From the human T2T-CHM13v2.0 reference genome, Homo sapiens: a DNA stretch of 64,000 nucleotides. Position 1 is the stretch's first letter. Every line of letters starts with the position of its first letter. Below are positions 13,817 to 26,313 of the stretch, piece after piece. Under the pieces are notes generated by a model. It was not told the origin of the DNA, searched no databases, and saw nothing but the letters and a program-made list of their open reading frames with translations. The stretch lies in NCBI RefSeq assembly GCF_009914755.1, contig NC_060937.1; one strand, written 5' to 3'. Both the position numbers and the translations under genes were made by a program.

Positions 13817-16800
13817 TTGTTGAGAGTTTTTATCATGAAGGGAGGTTGAATTTTATAAAATCTTTTTTCTTCACCTATTGGAATTATCACATGGCTTTTG
13901 TCCTTCATTCTGTTGATGCACTGTATCACATTTATTGACTTCCATATGTTGAATCATCCTTGTACCTCTGGTGTAAATCCCACTTGGTCATGGTTTACTA
14001 TCTTTTTGATGTGCTGTTGGATTCAGTGTGCTAGTATTTTGTTGAGAATTTTTGCATCAATTTTTATTAGGATTATTGGCCTGTAGTTTTTTCATGTCAT
14101 ATCCTTATCTAGTTTTTGTATCAGGGTAGTGCCAGCCTTGTGGAGTTAGGGAAAGTTTTCTCTTCTTTCGTTTTTTAGGATAGTTTGAGGAGGATTGGTA
14201 TTAGTTCTTCTTTATATGTTTGCTATAATTTAGCAGTGAATTTAGAAGTCAGACCTGGGCTTTTCTTTTTCAGAAGACATTTTTATTACTGATTCAGTCT
14301 CACTACTCATTACTGGGCTGTTCAGGTTTTCCATTTTTTCCTGATTCAATCTCGGCAGGTTGTCTGTTTCCAGAAATTTATCCATTTCCACTATGTTTTC
14401 CAGTGTTAGCATGTAGTTGTTCATAATACTCTCTAATGATCTTTTGCTTTTCTGTGGCATCACGTGTAATCTCTCCTTTTTCATGTTGATTTTGTGTATG
14501 TGGATCTTCTCTCTTTTTTTTTTCTTGATTAATATAGCCAGATAGAGGTTTGTCAATTTTGTTTTTCTTTTCAAGGAACCAAAGTTTTGTTTAATTGACT
14601 TTTTCTTTTTTGTATCTACTTTGTTTAGTTCTGCTTGGATCTTTATTATTAATTTTCTTGTGCTAATTTTGAATGGGGTTTGTTCTTGCTTTTCTAGTTC
14701 CTTGAGGTGTATTGTTAGGTTGCTTACTAGAAATCTTTCCGATTTTTTAAAATGTAGGTGTTTATTGCTATAAACTTCCTGCTTAGCACTGCTTTTCTGT
14801 ATTGTACAGGATTGGGTATGCTGCGTTTCCATTTTTTATTTGTTTCAAGAAATTCTTAAATTTTCATAGTAATTTTTTCATTGACCCAGCGACCATTTAG
14901 GAACATGATTTTTTTTACATTTTTGTGTATTTGTTTTCCAAAGTTCCTCTTGGTATTGATTTCTATTTTTATTCAACTGGAGTCTGAGAAGATACTTGGG
15001 ATGACTTCAATTTCAAAAAATATACTGAGGCTTGTTTTGTGTCCTAAAATATAATGTATCCTCAAAAATGTTCCATGTGCTGATGAGAAGAATGTATATT
15101 CTGCAGTAGTTGGATGAAATGTTCTGTAAATGTCTGTTAGACTAAAGTCCAGTTTAAATTCAATTTTTTTGTTGATTTTATGTTTAGATATTCTGTCTAA
15201 TGCTGAGAATTAGAGTCTTCCACTATAATTGTATAGTTGAATTCTCCCACTATAATTGTATAGGAATTTCTCTCTCTCTTTAAATATAGTAATATTTGCT
15301 TTATGAATCTGGGTATTTTAGTGTTGGGTGCATATATATTTAGAATTGTAATATCTTTTGTTAAATCGATGCCTTTATCATTATACAGTAACTGTCATTG
15401 TCTTGTTTTGTTTTTTACTGTTTTTTAACTTAAAATTTTTTAAATCTGATATAGACATAGCTACTCCTACGTTACTTTTGTTTTCCATTTGCATAGAATA
15501 ACTTTCATTCTTTTACTTTGAGTCAGTATGTGTCTTTTCCAGAAAAGTGTGCTTCTTGTTGGCAGCATGTGGTTGGATTGCATTTCTTTATTCAGCCATT
15601 CTATATCTATATCTAGAGAATTTAGTCCATTTACATTCAAGGTTATCATTAATATGTGAGGGTTTGTTAACGCCATATTGTTAATTGTTTCTGGTAGTTT
15701 TGTAAATTCTTTTTTTTTCTTTAATTGTTTGTCATTGTGGCTTGGTGTTTCACTATTTCACTATAGTGGCACTGTTTGAATCCTTTTTCTTGCTCATTTG
15801 TGTATTTGGCTTACCAGTGGGTTTAATACCATTGTGTGTTTTCATGATCATAAGTGTCACCCTTTTGCTTCCAAGTTTAGAACTCTTGAGCATTTCTCAC
15901 AGGGCTATATAGGGGTGATTAATTCTCTCAGTGTTTGCTTATCTTGGAAAAACTTTATTCTCCTTTATTTATGAAGGATAAGTTTAGGTTTGCTGGATAC
16001 ATTATCCTCGGGTAGCAGTTTTCTTCTCTCATGACCATGAATTTGACAGCCCGTTCTCTCCTAGTCTTTAATGATTTCGTTGAGAAATCCACTGTTAGTC
16101 TGATGGGGGTTCTTTTATAGGGGACTAGATGTTTTTCTCTTGCTGTTTGTATATCCTCTCTTTTGCTTTGACTTCAGACACTTTGACTCTAATGTACTGC
16201 ACGAAAAGATCTTTTTGCATTATATCTGTTTGATGATCTTTGGAACTCCTGTATCAGGATATCTAGATCTTGTGATAAACTTGGGAATTTTTCATGTAAT
16301 ATTTCACTACATATGTTTTCTGACCAAGGACATTGATAATTCACATATTCAGTCACTTTACGTTGTCCAAAATGTCACAAGGTCTTTGCCCATTTTAAAA
16401 ATTATTTTTTCTTTCATTTTTACTGGATTATTTCAAAAGACCTGTCTTCAAGTTCTCAGATCCTTTCTTCTACATGATCTAGTCAATTGTCAAATCTTTT
16501 ACATGTATTTGTATTTCCTCCAATTAATCAGTTTCAGAATTTCTGTTTGGTTCTTTTTAAAAAAAACTCTCTCTCTTTGATAAACTTCTTATATTTAGTT
16601 GTTTTCTTATATCTGTATTGTTTTTCAGAGTCCTTTTATCTCATAGACTTTCTTTAAAATCAGTATTTTAAATTCTGTTTCAGAAATTTCGTGAATTTTT
16701 TGTATTAGGATCTGTTGCTGGAGAATTATTGTGTTCCATTAGAGGTGTCATATTTCCACACATTTTCATGTTTGTTGTGTCCTTATGTTGACATCTGCAC

Positions 16801-17141
16801 AAACACTAGCAATGGTGATGCACTGGGCTGTGAGATCCTCAAGCCTGTGGATGTCATGCTGGAGTATCAGAGAGATGGACCAGGCCCCCTGGTAGTGTGT
16901 TCGGACACTGGTTGTAATAGTCAAGGTGGTACCCCACCCACCAGCAGAAGCTTAGGTGTGGGCAGCTGTAGCTGCACTGTGAGCTTGCCATCAGGGAGGA
17001 AAGGGTCACCTCAGTGGATCCAAGGTAGGCAGGTAGCTGTGGATCATGTGGTATCCTCGTGTCTTGATCCAATGGCAGCCTGCAGTGAGATTTGTTATTG
17101 AGGTATGTGAAAGTGCCTGGGCTGTTCCTCCCTTCTTGGCT

Positions 17142-17165
17142 CAGCAGCAGCAGCAGCAGCAGCAG
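17142..17165. repeat. (CAG)8 trinucleotide repeat within the L1 5' UTR
   Basis: Seen directly. Confidence 0.95.
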
Positions 17166-19229
17166 TGACATTGGCCCCAGGACCGGACAGAGTTCTTTGG
17201 GGTATTGGCTCTCAGAATGGTGTCACGCTGTAGCTTCTCAGGGCTTAGAAGCCTAAGAGACTCAGCATGAGTTCTGTCTCCAGAGAAATGCCTCTGTGCA
17301 GTCTCTAGGCAGCTCTCTATTTTAGTCTCAAAGCCTGCATGGGTTAAGAAGCTTTCCTGTAGCTAAGACTGTAAATGTCCACAGTGGAAATCTACAGCCC
17401 TGTGTATCTCTCACCTACCCTTTTCCAACAGCTGGGAGCAACAATTCCTCTGTTGTTCTTTCTTAGATGATCTATTCAAAGTGTGAATATCTACTTGCTA
17501 TTTTGGTTCCTCTCTGTGGAGGAGGCACATACTAGCTGCATATAGTTAGCCATCTTGAATCTGCATTCCACTTTATGGGCCAGAAGTGGCTGCCCATACT
17601 GCAGTTCACTGCTGGTTCTTATTCACACCCAGCTTCACCTACCTGTGCTCTCTCCAGCCTGACTTTGATGTACTTCTTAAATTTGCTGTATTACCTTTCA
17701 TTCTCTCCTCCACCATCCCCCACATTCTCACTGTCATATTGTTGAAATAATTGTGGGTACTTTTGTCCTGTTAAACTTTGGTAGGAGAGGCATAGCCTTT
17801 GTCTTTTTCCCTAGAGTCATTCTGTCCAGATGAAAAGATTTACTATGTACCACCTTAGCTATGCAGATAATTTTAGTAATGAGTGAAAGGGTAAACATTG
17901 TTTCAGTCCCTGCCTTTAAACAAAATTTAAAACAAATTAATTGTATGATTTACTATTTGACATTCAGATGTAGTTCCATTTCCAAACTTTCAAGTTTCTG
18001 AATTTTCTACTTGGAAATATACAGGTCTTCTTGAAATAATCTCTTTCTTTTAAGATCATGGCAAATCCACCTGATGACATCTAGCACACACCACTAAGAT
18101 TCCGTATTTAAATCTCTCCTTCTAGATCAACATTATTTGCCTTCCATATTATGATGGGAAACTATGTTAATAATGCTTTCATCATTCCATTCACTGGATC
18201 ACTTTTTTTTGTAGATTTAATATCAGTTTCCTTTTTACCCTAAGCAAGGTCCCAAGCAATGACTCATATCTTAAATTTGCAATACCCCATATCTGTGTAG
18301 CAATATCTATGTCAATCACATCATATCTAATTGTGCTATGGTTAAAAGAATAGAACGGCAATGACTCAACTTATGGGTAACAAATCCTTTGTGTAAGTCA
18401 AGTGGTTTTCTGCATTTTGCTCTAAAAACATTGAAGAAGGAACACAATAAATTATCAGCTGATACATCATCTAGAATGATGTTTAATAACAGGTCACTAC
18501 ATACTTCATGGAATAATTTCAAAAGTAGTTCATAGAAGTGATAATTTGTAGAGTCAAATTATCCTTCTTAATAGAAACATAATTTCAGAGAGAAAAATAG
18601 TCAATCTACATCCATAGTGCAACTGTGACTAAGGTGCTGCCCATAGCAGCGTAATTGATTAGGCAGTGCAACTCCCTGACTGCAGTGTAAATTATTACTA
18701 ATTGTGGATGCCATAAAGCATTATCAAAAAGTAACATTATTTTTGCTTGAAAGAATATTCACAAATTGAACTTCGATGAAACTGGAAACTTGCTTCATTG
18801 AGAAGCAGAAATTATCTTCACAGCCATTATATTGTCTGTAATTCTAAAATGGGTTAATAACACTAGAATTTAACACTGAGGGAAACTTTTTACCTACATA
18901 TCCTGTCTCATTTCTACTTCATTTACATTTATGCACTGAGCTTGAACAAAGATTAATGATACCTGAAGATCAATATTGTCTTTACATGTGGTATTGTAAA
19001 TCTAGCTCCTTGATGAGCTACCCTAGAAGGGAAATAAGGTATCTTGGTAAAAGTCACCTGAAATTAATGTCATGTATGATTATATTAATTACTATTTGTT
19101 TGTGATATATGCTAGGTAATTACAAATATTCAAATGTCATTTACGAGACACTTTTACAAATGACCTAATAAAGCCTCTTTACCTTTTTGTAATTGTTTAA
19201 CTTTTCATTGCTGCTTCTCGTAAGTAATT

Positions 19230-19360
19230 TTCTTTACACTCACAACAGTCTCACAAGATGTAAGGACAATTAGTTATATTACCCACCTGAGTGGTAACAA
19301 AGCTGAAGCACAATGAATTCCATAGATAATCCAGGACCATACAGTTGCCAGAATGAAAAT
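19230..19360 (-). mobile_element. MIR fragment
   Basis: ctcacaacagtctcacaagatgtaagg...aaagctgaagcaca...ccaggaccatacagt resembles the MIR core. Confidence 0.45.
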
Positions 19361-19655
19361 ATCCTCATTTTATCACTTTGTTCTTCATGACACATTAAGC
19401 TTTTCTTTAAATATATGATTAGTCATAAGCTTAAATTTGGTTGTAAAGATGAAATATATGCTAAACATTTACACACTTAGGTCACATAAAAGTCATAGAA
19501 ATGTTTAAATTTATTTCCCTTTACTTTAAATTGGGATTTCCTTGAAGGCAAAATTTTTCGGGGAAACTCCCTTCTACAATTTAAATAAAATAATCAAGAG
19601 GGACCTAATATATTATTAGATGATTAATATAATCTTTAACGTTAAGGTTTTTCAA

Positions 19656-20185
19656 TTTAGTAGCCTCCATGATAATCCACAATGATCCTGATCTCCTAAT
19701 ATTCATGCTCTATTTTCTCTCACACTTGATAGGGATGACTTGTATAACTAATGAATCATTGAAGATGATGCAGTGTGACTTTCTAGTTCAGTCTTAGAAA
19801 ACACTGCAGATTTTGTGTGATTCTTGGATCATTTGCTCTGAAATAAGCCAACTGTCATATCGCGAGGACACTCAAGTACCACTATGCAGAGAGCCATGTG
19901 ACAGAGAACTGAAGCCTGCTGTCTGTAGCCAGAAGTGAGGCCTCTCTTTGAAAGACATTGAGTGAACCATGTTGGAAGAAAATCCTCTTGAGCAAAATCA
20001 TGCCTTCAAATAACTTCAGCCCTAAACCACATCTTGAATGCAGCCTCATGAGAGACCCTGAGTCTGATTCAACAAGCTAAGCTGCTCCCAAATTCCTGAC
20101 CCGCAGAAACTATAAGATAACAAATGATTGTTATTTTGAGCTTTTGTGTTTCAGAGTAATTTTTATGTAGAAATAAATACAGTTA
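19656..20185 (+). mobile_element. MLT1F-like (ERVL-MaLR) solo LTR
   Basis: ctcctaatattcatgc, gaggacactcaag, gcagcctcatgagagaccctgag, gctaagctgctcccaaattcctgacccgcagaaactataagataacaaatg are MLT1F-type motifs. Confidence 0.8.
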
Positions 20186-20269
20186 CTCTAATATTCCTCA
20201 GTACACCCAAATTTCACTATGTAGTCACTATTCCACCTACTACCATAACAGAAGGATGTTATTTAAGTT

Positions 20270-20720
20270 TTATAAAGGGGCACCAGTAGACATGGCTATA
20301 GAAGGGAGTTGAATGGAAAGTCTCAGAGGAGCTGGTCTTGAGAACAAAGGAAGAAGAAATATAGAATAAGGAAAGCAAAATTTTTAGCAAAGCCAACAGA
20401 CTATATGTAACCACCAAAGTATTAAAATGTATGGTCCTTATGGGAAATTTGAGGAAGTTCATTGCAGTTAGCAAATCTTGTGTTGCTTGTGTGGGTGAAA
20501 TTGTGAATGAACCTGAAGATGAAAGCAGGTAAATAATAATAAAGGGCCATATTTGTGTGACAGGCAAACTGAGGAGTTAAAATTTTTATCTGAAGGATCT
20601 GTGCTATCATTGAGGCTTCTAAGCAGAAGTATGAGTAAAATTTTTAAATTAAAACCAATTAGAAGATGTTTGCAATAATCCCAGCAATAAGCAATAAAGA
20701 AAACTAAGAATTTGTGTTAT
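20270..20720 (-). mobile_element. L2 LINE fragment
   Basis: aaactgaggagttaaaatttttatctgaagga...ttgaggcttctaagcaga and ccaattagaagatgtttgcaataatcccag are antisense L2-like. Confidence 0.5.
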
Positions 20721-20759
20721 AGAAGCAGAAGGTGATGACAATCTTAATAGGCAGGAAGT

Positions 20760-21000
20760 AATAACAATGAAAAGTAAAGCTAATATTTATTTCACACTTA
20801 CTATGTGTCAGACATTCTTATTAAATGCCTTACAGGTATTATCTCATTTAACAGTTATGAAAAACTATGAGACAAGTACTACTATTATCTTTATTGCACA
20901 CATTAACAAACTGTGGCACAGAAAGAGATGGTAACATTTGAAGTAAATGGCAGAGCTTAGACTCAATTTATCATTGTGTTATTCCAAGCTTAAATACTTT
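20760..21000 (-). mobile_element. MIR (MIRb-like) SINE
   Basis: gctaatatttatt..cacttactatgtgtcagaca...tattatctcatttaa...aaactgtggcacaga...gtaaatggcagagc. Confidence 0.8.
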
Positions 21001-22159
21001 TATTGTAAAGCATTCACATTTTTGGTTCCATATGAAATTTAAAGTAGTTTTTTTCTAATTCTGTGAATGGTATCTTGATGAGAATAGCATTGAATCTATA
21101 AATTACTTTGGGCAGTATAGCCATTTTCACAATATTGATTCTTCCTGTCCATGAGCATGGGATGCTTTTCCATTTGTTTGTGTCCACTCTGATTTCCTTG
21201 AGCAGTGCTTTCTAGTTCTCCTTGAAGAGGTCCTTCACTTCCCTTGTTAGCTGCATTCCTAGGTATTTTATTCTATTTGTAGCAATTGTGAATGGGAGTT
21301 CATTCATAATTTGGCTCTCTGCTTGTCTATTGTTGGTGGATAGGAATTCTTGTCATTTTTGCACATTGATTTTGTATCCTGAAACTTTGCTGTTGTTGCT
21401 TATCAGCCTAAGAAACTCTGGGGCTGGGACGATGGGGTTTTCTAGATATAGGATCATGTCATCTGCAAACACAGATTGTTTGACTTCCTGTTTTTCTATT
21501 TGAATACTCTTTATTTCTTTCTCTTGCCTGATTGCCCTGGCCAGAACATCCAATACTATGTTGAATAGGAGTGGTGAGAGAGGGCATCCTTTTCTTGTGC
21601 AGAATGATCCCTTTTCAATGGGAATGATTCCAGTTTTTGCCTATTCAGTATAATATTGGCTGTGGGTTTGTCATGAATGGCTCTTATTATTTTTAGGTAT
21701 GTTCCTTCAATACATAGTTCACTGAATTTTTAACATGAAGGGATGTCGAATTTTATTGAAGGTCTTTTCTGTGTCTATTAGGATAATCATGTGGTTCCTT
21801 TCTTTAGTTCTGTTTATGTGATGAATTACATTTATGGATTTGCATATGTTGAACCAAGCTTGCATCCCAGGGATGAAGCCGACTTGATCATAGAGCATAA
21901 GCTTTTTGATGTGCTGCTGGATTCAGTTTGCCAGTATTTTACTGAGGATTTTTGCATCAATGTTCATCAGAGATATTGGTCTGAAGTTTTCTTTTTTTGT
22001 TGTTGTAACTCTGCCAAGTTTTGGAATCAGAATGATGTTGGCCTCCATAAAAGGAGTCCCTCCTTTTCCATTGTTTAGAATAGTTTCAGAAGAAATGGTA
22101 CCAGCTCCTCTTTGTACCTCTGGTCGGATCCAACTACAAATCGGTCTGGTCCTGGGCTT

Positions 22160-22450
22160 TTTTTTGTTTGAGACAGAATCTCGCTCTGTTGCCCAAGCTG
22201 TAGCGTAATGGCATGATCTTGGCTCACCACAACGTCTGCCTCCTGGGTTCAAGCGATCCTCCTGCCTCAGCCTCCCCAGTAGCTGGGATTACAGGCATGA
22301 GCCACCATGCCTGGCTAATTTTGTATTTTTAGTAAAGATGGGGTTTGTCCATGTTGATCAGGCTGGTCTCGAACTCCTAACCTCAGGTGATCTGCCTGCC
22401 TCGGACTCCTAAAGTGCTGGGATTACAGGCGTGAACCACTGTGCCCAGCC
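22160..22450 (-). mobile_element. AluSp-like element inside L1 ORF2
   Basis: Full dimer with ctcaccacaac and catgttgatcaggctggtc. TSD tggtcctgggctt at 22147-22159 and 22451-22463. Confidence 0.92.
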
Positions 22451-25400
22451 TGGTCCTGGGCTTCTTTTGTTGGTAAGCTATTTATTACTGCCTCATTTTC
22501 AGAGCTTGTTATTGATCTATTCAGGGATTCAACTTCTTCCTGGTTTAGTCTTGGGAGGGTGTATGTGTCCAGGAATTTCTCCATTTATTCTAGATTTTCT
22601 AGTTTATTTGCATAGAGGTGTTCATAGTATTCTCTGATGGTTGTTTGTATTTCTGTGAGGTCATTGATGATAGCCCCTTTACCATTTTTTATTTTGTCTA
22701 CTTGACTCTTCTCCCTTTTCTTCTTCGTTAGTCTAAAGTGCTCTATTAATTATTTTTTTTCAAAAAACATCTCCTGGATTTGTTAATATTTTAAAGGGTT
22801 TTTCTTGTCTCTATCTCCTTCAATTCCACTCTGATCTTGGTAATTTCTTTTCTTCTGCTAGATTTGGGGTTTGTTTGCTCTTGTTTCTCGGGTTTTTTTT
22901 TAGTAGTAACGTCAGGATCGTCAATTTGAGATCTTTCTTGCTTTTGGGTATGGGCATTCAGTGTTATAAATTTCCCTCTTAACACTGCTTTAGCTGTGTC
23001 ACAGAGATTCCGGTATGTTGCCTCTTTGTTCTCACTGGTTTCAAAGAACTTCTTGATTTCTGCCTTAATTTCATTATTTACCCAGGAGTCAAAACAGGAA
23101 CAGGTTGCTCAATTTCCATGTGGTTGTGTGGTTTTGAGTGAATTTCTTAGTCTTGAGTTTTAATTTGTGCTATGGTCTCAGAGACTGTTATTATTTCAGT
23201 CATTTTGCATTTGCTGAGGAGTGTTTTACTTCCAATTATGTGATCAATTTTAGAGTGAATGTCATGTAGTGCCAAGAAAAATGTATATTCTGTTGTTTTG
23301 GGGTGGAGAGTTCTGTAACTATGTATCAGGAGACACTTGATCCAGGGCCGAATTCAAGTCCTGAATATCTTTGCTAATTTTTTGTGTCAATGATATGTCT
23401 AATATTTACAGTGGAGTGTTAACTCTCCCACAATTATTTTGTGGGAGTCGATAAGTCTTTTGTATGTCTCTTAGAACTTGTTTTATGAATCTCAGTGGTC
23501 TTGGATTGGATGCATATATATTTAGGATAGTTAGCTCTTTTCATTGAATTGATCCCTTTACCACTATGTAATGCCCTTCTTTGTGTTTTTTTTTATCTTT
23601 GTTGGTTTAAAGTCTTTTTTGTCAGAAACTAGGATTGCAACCCCTACTTTCATCTGCTTTGCATATGCATGATAGATTTTCCCCCATCTCTTTATTTTGA
23701 GACTATGTGTGTCTTTGCACAAGATGTGTCTCTTGAATAAAGTATAATTGATGGGTCTTGACTCTTTATCCAGCTTGCCACCCTGTGTCTTTTAATTGGA
23801 GCCTTTGGCCCATTTACATTTAAGGTTAATATTATTATGTGTGAATTTGATCTTGTCATCATGATGCTAGCTGTTTGTTTTGCAGACATCTTGATGTAGT
23901 TGCTTCATAGTATAATTTGGTCTTTGTATTTCAGTGTGTTTTTGCAGTGGCTGGTAATGGTTTTTCCTTTCCATATTTAGTTCTTCCTTCAGGAGCTCTT
24001 GTAAAGCAAACCTGGTGGTCATAAGTTCCCTCAGCATTTGTTTTTCTGAAAAGGATTTTATTTCTACTTTGCTTACGAAGCTTAGTTTGGCCAGATAGCC
24101 ATTTCTGGGTTGGAAATTATTTTCTTTAAGAATGTTGAATATTTGCCCCAATCTCTTCTGGCTTTTAGGGTTTCTGCTGAGTGGACCACTGTTACTGTGA
24201 TGGGCTTCGCTTTGTGGGAGACCTGGCCTTTATCTCTGGCTGCCTTTAACATTATTTCCTTCATTTTGACCTTGTAGAATCTGATTATTATGTGTTTTGG
24301 ATTTGAGTTTTAATTTGATTGTGCTGTGGTCTGACAGACTGTTATGATTCTCATGGAGTCTTTCTGGAGTTCTCTGAAATTCCTGAATTTGCCTCTCTTG
24401 CTAGGTTATGGAAGTTCTCCTGGATGATATCATGAAGTGCGTTTTCCAACTTGGTTCCATTCTCCCTGCCTCTTTCAGGTACCACAATCAGTCGTAGATC
24501 TGGCTTTTTTTACATAATCCTATATTTCTTGGAGGTTTTATTTGTGCCTTTTCATTCTTTTTCCTCTAATATTGTCTGCCCGTCTTATTTCAGCAAGTTA
24601 GTCTTCAATCTCTGAAATTCTTTCTTCCACTTGGTCTATTCAGCTATTGATACTTGTGGTTGCATTTTGAAGTTCTCATGTGGTGTTTTTCAGCTCCATC
24701 AGGTCATTTATGTATTTTTTTCTAAACTGTTTATTCTGTAATTACAGCTCCTGTAATGTTTTATCATGGTTCTTAGCTTCTTTACATTGGGTGAGAACAT
24801 GCTCCTTTAGCTCAGCAGTTTCTTATTACTAACTTCTGAAGCCTACTTCTGTCAGCTCATTCTTCTCAGCCTCAGCCCAGTTCTGTGCCCTTGCTAGTGA
24901 GGTGTTGCAATCATCTGGAGGAGAAGAGGCACTCTGGCGTTTTGAGTTTTCAGCATTGTTTTTTAATTGTTTCTCATTTTCCTGAGTTTATCTAGCTTCA
25001 ATCTTTGAGGCTGCTGACCTTTGGATGGGGTTTTTGTGGGGGCTTTTTTGTTGATGCTATTGTTGTTGCTTTCTGATTGTTTTTCTTTTAACCGTCTGGC
25101 CCCGCTTCCATAAGGCTTTTGTGGTTTGCCGAGGGTGGTCTACTCCAGACCCTATTGACCTGGATCCCTCCCGCCCCTGGAGGTGTCACCAGTGGAGGCT
25201 GCAGAATAGCAAAGATGACTGCCTGCTCCTTCCTCTGGGAGGTCTGTCCCAGAGGAGCATCAACCTGATGCCATTGGGAATGCTCCTGTATAATGTGTCT
25301 GGTGACCACTGCTGAGGTGCCACCCAGTCAGGAGGCAAGGGATCAGGGACCCACATAATGAAGCAGTCTGGCTGCCCCTTGGTGGAGGTGATGCATTGTA

Positions 25401-25731
25401 CTGGGGGGAATCCCATTCTTCCATTCTGCCGGGATTCCTCAGAGCCAGCAGTGGAACAGACTAAGTCCACTGATCCGCAGAGGCTGTGGCTGCCCCTCCC
25501 CCAGGGGCTCCGTCCCAGGGATTTCAGAGTTCTGTAAACCTCTGGCTGGAGTTCCTGAAGTTCCTGCAGGTAAGCCCTGTCTGGTGAGGAGGGATGGGTC
25601 TGTGACCGGCCTAAAGAAGCAGTCTGGCCACAATCTGCCACAGCCACTGTGCTGCGCTGTGGGGAATTCCTCCTGGGTCCAAACTGCCCAGTCTCCCCAG
25701 CACCGGCAAGGGAAAATGGCAGACTGGAGCG

Positions 25732-25962
25732 GCAGTGATGGCTGCTGCCCCTCTCCCCAAGAGCTCCATTGCCTTAGGCAGCGGGCAGCTGAAGTTATGG
25801 CGGCTGCCCCTCCCCCTGAGAGCTCAATCCTCTTAAGCAGTAGGCAGCTGAAGTGATGGTGCTCCCTCTCCCCCTGGGAATTCAGTCCTCTTAAGCAGCG
25901 GGCAGCTGAAGGGATGGCGTCTGCCCCTCCCCCCAGGAACTAGGTAGTCTTAAGCAGTCTGC
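25732..25962. repeat. About 59-bp GC-rich tandem repeat (about 4 copies) in the L1 5' UTR
   Basis: Unit approximately gcagctgaagtgatggcggctgcccctccccctgagagctcaatcctcttaagcagcgg, starting near 25732 (partial), 25785, 25844 and 25902. Confidence 0.88.
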
Positions 25963-26313
25963 AGCCAAACAGCTGCGTAAAATCTGCACAGCTCCGTGCT
26001 TGGGACCAAAGGCCCTTGTGGCGTGGGCTCACGAGAGGAACTCCTGATCCTCGGGTTGCACAGATCTGTGGAAAAAGCGAGTGGTTTCCTGGACAGGTTA
26101 GCACAGTCACTCACTGCCTCCCTTGGCTAGGTGTGCGAGCTTCCCTTGCCGTGTGCGGCTACCAGGTGGGCCATTACTCCACCCTGCTTTTCCTCAGTGA
26201 GAGAACCTGGATGCCTTAGTTGCTGGTGCAGGATTCACTTGCCGTTTTCGTTCTTCTAGGTGGGAGCCTCTGACCACAGCTGTTTCTAGTCAGCCATCTT
26301 GGCCCCTCCCTCC

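Larger units (their letters stand above)
21019..26312 (-). mobile_element. Primate LINE-1 (about L1PA8-L1PA13) with 5' UTR, ORF1 and most of ORF2 as relics, lacking its 3' end
   Basis: 5' terminus gggaggggccaagatggctgactag on minus at about 26285-26312. ORF1 relic QIFNILKENNFQPRNGYLAKLSF, endonuclease relic IIILTLNVNGPKAPIKRHRVASWIK, RT relics [22 protein letters not shown] and [13 protein letters not shown]. Stops abruptly inside ORF2 at about 21019. Confidence 0.95.

Noticed and set aside
14242-14832. Longest ORF (196 aa) and other L1-like ORFs (12783-13285, 21353-24264, 48518-48847, 54244-55223)
   Set aside because: These are frameshifted LINE-1 ORF1/ORF2 relics. They are not host genes and no element is retrotransposition-competent.
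15220-15263. Small tandem duplications (also 35398-35439, 47455-47505, 61961-61997, 63048-63082)
   Set aside because: Ordinary slippage-type duplications inside old repeats.
17142-17165. (CAG)8 as a polyglutamine or disease repeat
   Set aside because: Short, inside a decayed L1 5' UTR, and not in a credible coding exon.
25732-25962. Regularly spaced repeats as a CRISPR-like array
   Set aside because: The whole unit is repeated with no unique spacers, it lies inside a primate L1 5' UTR, and there are no cas genes.
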